In this document: piece after piece, positions 49,079-58,054 of the stretch
Layout: every line of letters begins with the position of its first letter
Position numbering within the stretch: position 1 is the first letter of the stretch
Source of the DNA: Microgenomates group bacterium Gr01-1014_16
Lineage (GTDB): Bacteria > Patescibacteriota > Microgenomatia > CAZETR01 > Amesbacteraceae
Length of the DNA: 64,000 nt
Reading direction: 5' to 3'
NCBI GenBank assembly: GCA_007376345.1
Contig: VMGA01000001.1
Location: 61,747 to 125,746, forward strand
Program-made: the position numbers and the translations under genes
Notes under the pieces: generated by a model
The model's input: only the letters and a program-made list of their open reading frames with translations
Told to the model about the DNA's origin: nothing
Databases searched by the model: none

Positions 49079-50169
49079 GCTTCGATACTAAATTGGGGCT
49101 CTATTAACAATTGTTTGTAATAAGTTTGTTTTCTTTCATTGATAATTTTTTGTAGTGATTCTTTGGAGAATTTGTTACTAACTACTTCTTCCAGTTCTTT
49201 CATAGTTATGTAGAATATATCGTTTTTGTCTTGTGGGAAGTTTGCTTTTAACTTAATTGAAAATAAAATTTTCCTCATAATGCTGTTCCCCTGATAATAA
49301 AATGGGCGGGAATTTCTGATCTGTGAGTAATTTTGAGCTTGATTTAAGATCCATTCAAATAGTCGGATGCGGAATCTTGCGTTTTGTTTCACAAACTTTT
49401 CTCTGTTTATTCTTTTTTCATTAGTTAGCATTAATTTTAGTTTGGGATTGAGAGTTTCCCGATACAATTTTAAATATGAATTCAACAACTCTGTTTCCTC
49501 TCCAAGAGTGGGGTATATCAAGTCTTTGTCTTGAATTCTATATCCGTATTTTTCGATCCATTTTCCAAGCTGTAATTGTTTTTTCTGTTCGTCACTTATT
49601 TGGGCTACTTCCCATAATTGGGTGTCCATATCTATTCCTTTGTCAGGATATCCCAACAGGAGTTCACGATAGTTATTGTTGTCAGAGTCTTTTACAAATA
49701 GTGGATAACTGTATTTAAAGAGAAGTTCGGTGATGCCGCAAACGACTCCCACGTACAGCGACTCTGAAAAAAACCAGCTTTCTAATTCACCTGTCTTTTT
49801 GAAGAGCTCTAACAGTTTTTTTACCGAAAGTTCATTTAAACTTAGTTTGTTTAACTTATTAATTTCTTTCTGATATTCCGGTAAAACTTTGGTTATCCAT
49901 CGTTTGCTGGAAATATCGATTTCGGTCTTAATTCTTTTGGGTAATTGCAGAGTCCCTAATTGTAAAAAAAGTTTCCAGTATTCGTCGCTGAAATAAAGAT
50001 AGCCGTCGATGATTGACCAATATTTATCCGGCAGTTTTAGTCCGAGCCTTTCTGATATTAAACTGCCTGATTTGTTAATCTGAAGAGGAAGAAGAAATGA
50101 TTCTTCCAGAGGAGAAATAGGCTTATGGAGCCATTCAAACTGATTAAAGAATTTTCTTGTCCATCTCAT
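49075..50169 (-). CDS. Hypothetical protein, 364 aa. Probably the N-terminal (nucleotide/substrate-binding) partner of the downstream PEP-utilising swivel domain, i.e. a split phosphotransferase.
   Basis: Translationally coupled to the swivel-domain gene by a 4-nt overlap. K/E-rich, no TM segments. No motif recognised by eye. Confidence 0.4.
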   Translation of the reverse strand: MRWTRKFFNQFEWLHKPISPLEESFLLPLQINKSGSLISERLGLKLPDKYWSIIDGYLYFSDEYWKLFLQLGTLQLPKRIKTEIDISSKRWITKVLPEYQKEINKLNKLSLNELSVKKLLELFKKTGELESWFFSESLYVGVVCGITELLFKYSYPLFVKDSDNNNYRELLLGYPDKGIDMDTQLWEVAQISDEQKKQLQLGKWIEKYGYRIQDKDLIYPTLGEETELLNSYLKLYRETLNPKLKLMLTNEKRINREKFVKQNARFRIRLFEWILNQAQNYSQIRNSRPFYYQGNSIMRKILFSIKLKANFPQDKNDIFYITMKELEEVVSNKFSKESLQKIINERKQTYYKQLLIEPQFSIEA

Positions 50170-50180
50170 AAATTTTTATT

Positions 50181-50204
50181 TCTCATACTCTGTAGTATGG
50201 TAGT
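50181..50204. promoter_or_regulatory. Palindromic element family, copy 4 (type-B-like), 12-15 nt upstream of the start codon at 50169.
   Basis: ctcatact-ctgt-agtatggtag. The downstream flank (agtatgagaaataaaaatttATG) aligns with the flank at the ribokinase start (agtattagaaataataatttATG). Confidence 0.45.
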
Positions 50205-50608
50205 TAAATTGAATTCCATATTTTTGTTAGTTCTTTTTTGGCAGTATTAAATTTAATGCACCATAAATAATAATAGGAAGAAAGATATTTGGCTCTTTTT
50301 TCGATTTCAAATTTTTCTCCGTGTATTTTTCTAACCTTCATTTCTGCTTTGATTGCTGCCAGTTCTTCATTTAGACGAAAAGTGTTCGAACACCAATAAT
50401 TGAGAGGGTATTTAATATTGCCGTATGAACTGGATCTCTTAATATGGGTTATTTCGTGTTCAAGTAGAGAAATTGTTATGGGTTTAGGATTCGGATTTTG
50501 AAAATCTTGATATATATCTCGGCGGAGATATATTTTTCCTAGAAAGGCGGATCCCCGGAACAAATTAAGAGGGCTCATGTGTACTTGTAATCCTTTGTAT
50601 GAATTCAT
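50204..50608 (-). CDS. Small hypothetical protein with an HExxH motif (possible zinc-metallopeptidase-like fold).
   Basis: LLEHEITHIKR contains HEITH. 134 aa. No TM segments. Confidence 0.35.
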   Translation of the reverse strand: MNSYKGLQVHMSPLNLFRGSAFLGKIYLRRDIYQDFQNPNPKPITISLLEHEITHIKRSSSYGNIKYPLNYWCSNTFRLNEELAAIKAEMKVRKIHGEKFEIEKRAKYLSSYYYLWCIKFNTAKKELTKIWNSI

Positions 50609-50609
50609 A

Positions 50610-52115
50610 TTACTTGGGATTGATTTCGGCGAAGCGGGTGTCGCCTAGGTCAAATAAAATGTGCTGGCTGGAGGGGAAATCGCCGAAACTGCTAATTAGT
50701 AAGGCATTTTGGAGTTTACTTTCGCGTTCCCAGTGAAAATCATGGAATTCGTATTTGCCTAGGTTCCAGCTTTCCAGCTGGTCCACGTATAGTTTGTCCG
50801 CTTTGACATAACGAATCCAATCCTGGGTGTGTTTTTGATAATCTAGGGGGTCCCATTTGGAATAAAACGCGACAAAGATGTGCGGTACGGAAAAGACACG
50901 GGAAAAGTGGATGGTGTCATATTTAGAGTTGATGGCAATCGCCTTGGTAAAAACTTCTTTGTAGTTAACGCGCTGGCTATAAATGGGGTTTTTTGGCAGT
51001 TTGATCAGATATGTTTGAACTAATAATATGAATGAGACGAGAATAACCGGAATGAGTACTTTGTAGTACCGGGAGAGAGCAGCCAGGCCGTAGGCGGAAA
51101 GCAGAACCGTCAAGGGAAAAATGGTAATAGCCCGTTGAGAATTAGAACTTTCGGTCAATGCAGCCGGGATTGGTGCGAGTAGTAACCAGATCAATAAATA
51201 AGAAAACTGCTTGTGACGGATCAAAAGAATCGCACCGATAGCAATAAAAATAATTTCTACTGGGTAGTGCAGCGGAGTCCCGGGAAAATTGAGGTGGGAG
51301 AAATCAGGACGATGACCGGTAAAGTAAAAGCCAGGTGAAAAGTAAGATAGATAATTTGTGAAAAATTGATCAGCATAAAATATATATTTATTATCAAAAA
51401 GAGTCGGAGGAGATTTTCGATTACTAAGATAACTTAAAGTATTGGCGGCAGAAAAGATGCCGACGTCACTGGCACGTTTGAGAACAGATTTATAATTAAT
51501 AACTATCGGCAGCAAAGCCAGGGCAAAAATTAATAAAACAGGCTTGAAAAATTTTTGACGAATGACTAATGCGACAATAAATAAAATGGTGAATATACGC
51601 CACGAGTGATACGAGTAGAGATTAACTCCCCAAGTTAAGAATGCCCAGTTGTAGCGCTTTTTTAAGAATAGATATAGTCCAAGTGGGAAAAGAAGTATGC
51701 CCAAGCCTCCTTCCCATGCATTTCTGGATAATTGCATGTGCCAGGGGGAAATGGTCAGCAAAAACGCAGATATTAGTGCGATTTTTTCGGGAAAAAGTTC
51801 TTTTGCTAGAAGATAAAGAATTAGTATGGATAAAGTCCCGATTATGGCAGTTGGAAGACGAACGGCGAATTCGTTTAGACCGAAGATGGCTATTGTAGGA
51901 ATGGCGGTGTACATATAGAGAGGAGGTTTGAAGTCGCCAAAGCCGCGGGGAAAGAGAGGTAAAAATTGACCCCAACTATCACGGCCAGTTTTGAGAATCG
52001 AGTAGGCATCGTAACCCTGGCCGGCTTCATCGGCAGTAAATCCAGCCGGAAATTTATCCAGCCATACAACGCGCAAAATTAATCCCAAAAAAAGAATTAA
52101 ATATAAGCGTTTCAT
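50610..52115 (-). CDS. PMT/ArnT-family GT-C glycosyltransferase, paralog 4 of 5.
   Basis: MKRLYLILFLGLILRVVWLDKFPAGFTADEAGQGYDAYSILKTGRDSWGQFLP. Confidence 0.7.
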   Translation of the reverse strand: MKRLYLILFLGLILRVVWLDKFPAGFTADEAGQGYDAYSILKTGRDSWGQFLPLFPRGFGDFKPPLYMYTAIPTIAIFGLNEFAVRLPTAIIGTLSILILYLLAKELFPEKIALISAFLLTISPWHMQLSRNAWEGGLGILLFPLGLYLFLKKRYNWAFLTWGVNLYSYHSWRIFTILFIVALVIRQKFFKPVLLIFALALLPIVINYKSVLKRASDVGIFSAANTLSYLSNRKSPPTLFDNKYIFYADQFFTNYLSYFSPGFYFTGHRPDFSHLNFPGTPLHYPVEIIFIAIGAILLIRHKQFSYLLIWLLLAPIPAALTESSNSQRAITIFPLTVLLSAYGLAALSRYYKVLIPVILVSFILLVQTYLIKLPKNPIYSQRVNYKEVFTKAIAINSKYDTIHFSRVFSVPHIFVAFYSKWDPLDYQKHTQDWIRYVKADKLYVDQLESWNLGKYEFHDFHWERESKLQNALLISSFGDFPSSQHILFDLGDTRFAEINPK

Positions 52116-53677
52116 TATTTTGTGAGTATGAAGTAAAGCGGCAATCCGGTAGGAGACGAAATAATTTGATCGATGTTTACACCACCAACTGTACCTGTGC
52201 CGACTTCATCACGGACACTGGCCAAATAGGCCTCTCCAGGCTGAAGTAGATCTCTAAATCCAGTTTCGGCGATTTTGTTTTTCAGAGTGCCGAAATAGTA
52301 TTTGCCAATACTGAATCCGTCGAATCCTGCTGCAGGCGTTGAATCACGAAGTGGATATTGGCTTTGAAAAGTAGCCGGGTCATAGGCATACCAAAACAGA
52401 AATCGGGAAAGTGTAAACTCGTAAGTATTATTGAAATATACCCGGGTGAGAACAGGGTCAAGGGATTTGAGATGAGTCATGGCAGTTTTGTAGCCCGGCT
52501 GCCAGAAACGCCAGCCATCAATAGTCCATTCCGAGTAATACCGGTATAGATAAAAACTGAAGTTGAATACTGCAAACGCGGAAAGTGCAAAAAAAAGAAT
52601 TTTCCGATTCCACAGAGCATTAATACCGGCGGCGGAAAGAAGAATAAGGGGGGGGAGCATGACGATGAGGCGGCCGGCGTGGTTGCCACCATCTTTGGTC
52701 AGGGCAGAGGCTAATGGAGCAATCAGTAGCCATAATATTATTTTTTTGTTTTTGAAGACAAAGAGACCGGTAATTATGGTTATTGCTTCAAAAATATAAA
52801 GCATGCCCATGCTGCCAACGGAGTGACGCAAAACCGGATCGCCGCCAAAAAATAAAAACTCGGTGGAGAAAGATTTAAGATAATTGTTTAAAATTTCCTG
52901 GGGATAGTAAACATATCTGTTACGAAATATCCGAGTAATAAAAGAGGGTTTTTGAATCCGACGAAGAGTTAAATCATCGCGTAATGTAGAGTCTGAAAAC
53001 ACAGAAATTTGGGAAAATCTTTTTGAGGCCACTTGCTGACTAAGGCCATAAATAAACGGTAGTAATAAAATAATTGCTAAAATTGACGGGGTAATTATTT
53101 TTTTGAACGAAGGTCTAAGAACAAGTATTAGTAAAGGAATGAATACTGTAGCTACAGAGTAGGAATAAAAAGAGAGAGCGAAGGCCAGGGCGGAAAAAAC
53201 GTAGCGTTTACGCAAAAAAAGAGTCACACCAACAGTGGACAATAAAACTATAGCCAAATTGTCGTTGGACCAGCGGGAGAACTGGATATGCCAGGGAGAG
53301 ATGGCTGTCAGAATTGCTGCTATTAAACCCAGGCGAGACCCTCCAAATTGATAGCCCAAAACAAAAATGGCTAAGATTGAGAGCAAGGATAGAATGACAA
53401 GAGGAAGACGGACTGTCCACTCATTAAGACCGAAGACGGTAAAGGGGACTGTCAGATAGTGAAGAAGGGGCAAGCGATACTCAGAGAAGGATTGGAGGAA
53501 AACGGGCAGGGGGTGGCCTAGATAGTCACGGCCGGTTTTATAGAGAGAGTGAGCCTGGATGCCGACGTCGATCTCGTCTCCGGTCAGCTCGACCGGAAGG
53601 GAATTGAGACGGTAAAGTCTCAAAATTGAGGCTACGGCCAAAATGACCAGGAGCAAAACCCAGGGTCGCCGAAACAT
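52115..53677 (-). CDS. PMT/ArnT-family GT-C glycosyltransferase, paralog 5 of 5.
   Basis: LLLVILAVASILRLYRLNSLPVELTGDEIDVGIQAHSLYKTGRDYLGHPLP. Shares a 1-nt junction with paralog 4. Confidence 0.7.
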   Translation of the reverse strand: MFRRPWVLLLVILAVASILRLYRLNSLPVELTGDEIDVGIQAHSLYKTGRDYLGHPLPVFLQSFSEYRLPLLHYLTVPFTVFGLNEWTVRLPLVILSLLSILAIFVLGYQFGGSRLGLIAAILTAISPWHIQFSRWSNDNLAIVLLSTVGVTLFLRKRYVFSALAFALSFYSYSVATVFIPLLILVLRPSFKKIITPSILAIILLLPFIYGLSQQVASKRFSQISVFSDSTLRDDLTLRRIQKPSFITRIFRNRYVYYPQEILNNYLKSFSTEFLFFGGDPVLRHSVGSMGMLYIFEAITIITGLFVFKNKKIILWLLIAPLASALTKDGGNHAGRLIVMLPPLILLSAAGINALWNRKILFFALSAFAVFNFSFYLYRYYSEWTIDGWRFWQPGYKTAMTHLKSLDPVLTRVYFNNTYEFTLSRFLFWYAYDPATFQSQYPLRDSTPAAGFDGFSIGKYYFGTLKNKIAETGFRDLLQPGEAYLASVRDEVGTGTVGGVNIDQIISSPTGLPLYFILTK

Positions 53678-53679
53678 GG

Positions 53680-55488
53680 CTATATTCTATCCTGAACCCA
53701 GCGTTCATGCCAGAAGCTGAAGGCAAAGACCATCCAGAGCGTGCGAAGACGCTTTTTGGCGAACAGTGAATCGACAAATTGAGTGGGGAAATAATCCCGA
53801 ATAGCAGATCGGTAAACATAAGATTTGACCAAATTTGAGAGTGGACCGGAAATCCAGTCCGCCAGGGGTAATCCAAAGCCTTTTTTGGGTCGGCGCCGGA
53901 TGTTTTCAGGTAACTTATCTTTTAATAAGTTACGCAAAGGGAGTTTGGTTTCAAATAACGAAGTGAAACTTTCGTGGCGGGTAAAAGCGTAGGAAATAAT
54001 ATCCCGATCCAGATAAGGCACACGGACTTCCAGGCTGTTGAACATAGATGACCGGTCGGATTTCAAGAGCATGGCGTCGCGCATATAGGTTTGAAAATCG
54101 ATTAACTGGGCGGTTTTGACCGAGTCTGCTGGATAATTGGAAAAAAGCAATTCTTTGATGGGAGATGTTTGGAAAAAATGGGGAGGGGCGAGTTGGCCGG
54201 TGGTGAAATAGACCATCCATTGTAATTGGCGGCGGGTGGGAGAAAGACCCAAGCCGGAAATAAAATTTGCTAAAGTGTCGCCAAATTTGTAGCTAGATGA
54301 AAAAAGAGGCAACTTTATCGGTGGTAAATTGTGGGATAGTGAAGAAAGTTCTCTGGGGACAAACGGCAGATAGTTGGCAAAACGATGGCCTAAATAAGTG
54401 GGATAGCCGGCAAAAATTTCATCTCCGCCGTCGCCGGACAGAGCAACTTTGACGTGCTGACTAGCAAGTTGGTCTACGTGGTAGGTGGGAAAAAGGGACG
54501 GATCGGCAAACGGCTGATCCATAAGTTTTTGAATACGTGGAAAATCTGAAAGAAAGTCGGTGGCAGAGTAGGATTTGTCAAAGTGATGAGTGCCTAAGAT
54601 TTTAGAGACTTGGGCGGCGTGATGACCTTCATTGTAATCGGCATTGGCAAAAGAAATAGAAAAACTCTTGACATCGTGGTTTTGGCGCTTTAAATAATAC
54701 GCTAAGATAGATGAATCCAATCCCCCTGAAAGCAGTAAGCCAACAGGAACATCGGCGATGGCTTGACGAGCAACGACGGTGTCCAGTAATTCATCCAGAT
54801 TATCTGTTCCTGCATACGACTGCGAAAATAAGTCGTAATACTGATGGATTTTTAGACCGGCTTTTGAGAAAGTTAACGTATGGCCAGGGGGAAGCTGATA
54901 AATGTCTTTATAAATAGTTTTTGGGGTAGGGACATAGCCTAGATATGAATATAAGAATAAAGAATCAGGATCGATTTGGGGAGTGGGAATAATAGATAGA
55001 ATTGTTTTTATTTCAGAACCGAATATTATTTTTGAACCGGAGTGATAATAAAATAACGGCTTGATTCCGGCGTGGTCGCGGGCTAGCAGCAGTCTTTGAT
55101 TTTTTTCGTCCCAGAGAGCTAGGGCGAACATGCCGTTTAATTTTTTGAGAAAATCTTTGCCTGAATCTTCATAGAGATGAACTATCGTTTCGGTGTCCGA
55201 TGTTGTTTTTAAGGCGTGGCCTTTTTGATATAGTTGTTCCCGGATGTGTTTGTAGTTGTAAATTTCCCCGTTGAAAATGACAGTTAAAGATCCATCTTCG
55301 TTGCTGATAGGCTGGTCGCCGGTGACCAGATCGATAATTTTCAAACGGCGGATGCCCAGACCGACGTAATTTTTAACAAAATGTCCACCTGAGTCCGGCC
55401 CGCGATGAATAATTTGGTGAGTCATTTTCTCAATCTGAGATACTTTTACTCTAGATCCAAAATCGACAATTCCGGCTATTCCGCACAT
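53680..55488 (-). CDS. Asparagine synthase (glutamine-hydrolysing)-family amidotransferase, AsnB-like. In this context probably a sugar or glycan amidotransferase.
   Basis: N-terminal MCGIAGIV is the class-II glutamine amidotransferase nucleophile Cys. LLSGGLDSS is the PP-loop ATP pyrophosphatase motif. Length is 602 aa. Confidence 0.8.
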   Translation of the reverse strand: MCGIAGIVDFGSRVKVSQIEKMTHQIIHRGPDSGGHFVKNYVGLGIRRLKIIDLVTGDQPISNEDGSLTVIFNGEIYNYKHIREQLYQKGHALKTTSDTETIVHLYEDSGKDFLKKLNGMFALALWDEKNQRLLLARDHAGIKPLFYYHSGSKIIFGSEIKTILSIIPTPQIDPDSLFLYSYLGYVPTPKTIYKDIYQLPPGHTLTFSKAGLKIHQYYDLFSQSYAGTDNLDELLDTVVARQAIADVPVGLLLSGGLDSSILAYYLKRQNHDVKSFSISFANADYNEGHHAAQVSKILGTHHFDKSYSATDFLSDFPRIQKLMDQPFADPSLFPTYHVDQLASQHVKVALSGDGGDEIFAGYPTYLGHRFANYLPFVPRELSSLSHNLPPIKLPLFSSSYKFGDTLANFISGLGLSPTRRQLQWMVYFTTGQLAPPHFFQTSPIKELLFSNYPADSVKTAQLIDFQTYMRDAMLLKSDRSSMFNSLEVRVPYLDRDIISYAFTRHESFTSLFETKLPLRNLLKDKLPENIRRRPKKGFGLPLADWISGPLSNLVKSYVYRSAIRDYFPTQFVDSLFAKKRLRTLWMVFAFSFWHERWVQDRI

Positions 55489-55491
55489 GTT

Positions 55492-56433
55492 TTATAAATT
55501 CTTGACTTCTTTAATTTCGTAAATGGGTTTTTGGCGGGATTCGAAGTAGACGCGAACCATGAGCTCGGACATGAGGCCTAAAAGAATAAACGATACGCCG
55601 ATGAAGACCAGAAACATAGCTATAATAAACATGGGGTTGTTGTGGACATAGATGCCAAGCCAAATTTTACGATAGACAACCTGGGCAAAAGCGGGAACAG
55701 AAAGAGCCAGGGAGACGAGGCCGCCGGTACCGAAAATATAGGCCGGCTTAGTGGAGTAGGAATCCAGAAATTTTGTGGTAATAATATCGATAATGGTTTT
55801 AACTGAACGGGAATAACCATATTTGGATTTACCATGGGCGCGGGGACGGTGGTTGACTGCTATTTCTTTATATTTGGCTCCGCGAAGGACAATGAGCAAA
55901 GAAAGAAGACGGTGATTTTCGCCGTAAAGGCGCATGTTAGCCAGCAAATCCCTACGGACAATACGAATGGAACAACCCAGATCTTTAATTGTGACATGAA
56001 AGATGATCCGGATGAGCCAGTTGGCGATTTTGGAGACGACGACGCGGATCAGATCATCATGTCGGTTTTTGCGCCAGCCAAACACGGCGTCGGTATTGGC
56101 GTCAATCAGATTGAACATCGGTAGCAAGTCAGAGGGAGGATTTTGACCGTCGGCATCAAGAAAGGCGACTAAGTCCCCATGGCTATTATCTATTCCTGCT
56201 GATGTGGCCGCAGTTTGGCCGGTATTTCGCCAGAAACGAATAAGTTTGACGGTAATGTTGGGGTGAGAGGAAGTAGAAATAGAAGAGTTGTCCGTGCTGC
56301 CGTCGTCGATATAGATTACCTCTGTCTGGTCTGATATTTTGGAAAGGGTTTCGCAGAGTTCCGCGTGGAGACGGGGAAGACTTTCGGCTTCGTTTTTGAA
56401 GGGAATAATGACTGAAAGTTTGGGATTGGCCAT
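55492..56433 (-). CDS. GtrB/ArnC/DPM1-like polyprenyl-phosphate sugar synthase (GT2 with two C-terminal TM helices).
   Basis: LSVIIPFKNEAESLPRL...VIYIDDGSTDNS...AFLDADGQNP is the GT2 core. The C-terminus has two hydrophobic helices (AYIFGTGGLVSLALSVPAFAQVVY and FIIAMFLVFIGVSFILLGLMSEL), as in GtrB/ArnC. Confidence 0.7.
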   Translation of the reverse strand: MANPKLSVIIPFKNEAESLPRLHAELCETLSKISDQTEVIYIDDGSTDNSSISTSSHPNITVKLIRFWRNTGQTAATSAGIDNSHGDLVAFLDADGQNPPSDLLPMFNLIDANTDAVFGWRKNRHDDLIRVVVSKIANWLIRIIFHVTIKDLGCSIRIVRRDLLANMRLYGENHRLLSLLIVLRGAKYKEIAVNHRPRAHGKSKYGYSRSVKTIIDIITTKFLDSYSTKPAYIFGTGGLVSLALSVPAFAQVVYRKIWLGIYVHNNPMFIIAMFLVFIGVSFILLGLMSELMVRVYFESRQKPIYEIKEVKNL

Positions 56434-56448
56434 GGCTTTTGATATTAT

Positions 56449-57324
56449 ATGCCTGTGCTGTCGGTTATCATAGTCTCCTATAATACACGGGAAATTACGC
56501 TGGAATGCCTGAAGCGAATCAGGGCCGATGAGATCATCGTTGTGGACAATGCCTCGAGTGATGGGTCGGTGGAGGAGATAAAAAAACGATATAAGGATAT
56601 TAGGATATTACAGAATAAAACTAATGTGGGATTTGCGGCGGCAAATAACCAGGGGATGAAAATTGCAAAGGGAGATAAGATTTTATTGTTAAATTCGGAT
56701 TGTTTTGTAAATACGGATACACTCGATAAGATTCAAGATTCAATGTTCAAGATTCAATCTGATGTAATTGGTTGCAGGTTATTAAATAAAGACGGGTCGG
56801 TGCAGCAATCGTGGGGGTATTTCCCAAGTTTACGAAGAATTACTCTCATGATGCTGTTTATTGATAATTTGCCGATAATTAGAAAGTTTATAGATTCGAT
56901 TCATGTCAGGGATGTGGCCAGATACGAAAAAGAACAAGAGGTGGATTGGGTGACGGGGGCGTTTGTGATGTTCAAGCGTGAAGTTTTTGAGAAGGTTGGG
57001 GGAATTGATGAGAAGTATTTTATGTACGGAGAAGAGATGGAGTGGATGTACCGGATAAAACAGGCCGGATTTAAGGTGTGGTATTCTCCCGTTGGGTCGG
57101 CCACGCATTTGCTGGGTGCCAGTTCGTCAAATCGAGCTCCGGCGGTGGTTGGGGAAATGAGAGGCTGGATTTATTGGTTTTCCAAACACAATCCCGTCTG
57201 GCAGCAAAGATTATTGCCTTATGTAATATTATTTGGCTGTTTGTTACGAATTGTACTTAAGCCTAAGTTATCGAGTTTTTACCGCCAAGCAATTTCTGAA
57301 ATTTTTGCCCCGACCAAGAGATGA
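56449..57324 (+). CDS. GT2-family glycosyltransferase (rhamnosyl/WbbL-like soluble type).
   Basis: LSVIIVSYNTREITLECL...IIVVDNASSDGS...LLLNSDC. Confidence 0.75.
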   Translation: MPVLSVIIVSYNTREITLECLKRIRADEIIVVDNASSDGSVEEIKKRYKDIRILQNKTNVGFAAANNQGMKIAKGDKILLLNSDCFVNTDTLDKIQDSMFKIQSDVIGCRLLNKDGSVQQSWGYFPSLRRITLMMLFIDNLPIIRKFIDSIHVRDVARYEKEQEVDWVTGAFVMFKREVFEKVGGIDEKYFMYGEEMEWMYRIKQAGFKVWYSPVGSATHLLGASSSNRAPAVVGEMRGWIYWFSKHNPVWQQRLLPYVILFGCLLRIVLKPKLSSFYRQAISEIFAPTKR

Positions 57325-58042
57325 GCCACATCAGATAGTGCTTTAGCGGGCCGTTGTACCAGATGCTGGATTGCCATAAGTATTTTTGGGCAAGAGGGGA
57401 TTTTTTTGAACTTTGGCCGTGTTCGTGAATAATTGTGATATTTGGATTGAAGTAGACTTTGAGACCGGTGACGCGGATGCGGAGACAATAATCCAGATCT
57501 TCGTAGTACATAAAGACTTTCTCTGTCATCAAACCAATTTTATTTAGTGTTTGTTTGGGAAAAAACATGCAAGCTCCTGATATCGCATTTACTATTGATG
57601 GCGACGAAGGAGAATATTTCTGTGAAGATTTAAATAGAGACGGTTCGGGGAAGACGGAGCCTTGGGGTGTGCCATCTGGGTCAACAAATTTGGGCCCCAT
57701 GACGCCTATGTCCGAATGGGACTTGGTAAATTCCAGGGCTTTGGTAAAGAAATCTTTGGGGATACGGGCGTCTGGGTTTAGCAGCAAAATATAGTCTCCC
57801 CTGCTCTGGCGCAAACCAATATTAATAGCCTTGGGAAAGCCGATGTTATTAAAATTGGCTACGACTTTGACTCCTGCAAATGATTTGGCAATCTTAACTG
57901 AGTCATCCGTGGAGGCATTATCGATAACAAATACTTCCAGATTCGGATATTTGGCGGCAAACACCGACTCCAGACAGCGCTTTAATGACTGCGCCACATT
58001 CCAGCTGACAATGATTACACTTATTTTCGGTTCCTTGCTCAT
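57263..58042 (-). CDS. GT2-family glycosyltransferase.
   Basis: ISVIIVSWNVAQSLKRCLESV...VFVIDNASTDDS...LLLNPDA. Its 3' end overlaps the convergent GT2 gene by 62 nt. Confidence 0.7.
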   Translation of the reverse strand: MSKEPKISVIIVSWNVAQSLKRCLESVFAAKYPNLEVFVIDNASTDDSVKIAKSFAGVKVVANFNNIGFPKAINIGLRQSRGDYILLLNPDARIPKDFFTKALEFTKSHSDIGVMGPKFVDPDGTPQGSVFPEPSLFKSSQKYSPSSPSIVNAISGACMFFPKQTLNKIGLMTEKVFMYYEDLDYCLRIRVTGLKVYFNPNITIIHEHGQSSKKSPLAQKYLWQSSIWYNGPLKHYLMWLISWSGQKFQKLLGGKNSIT

Positions 58043-58054
58043 GTTTTATTTAAC

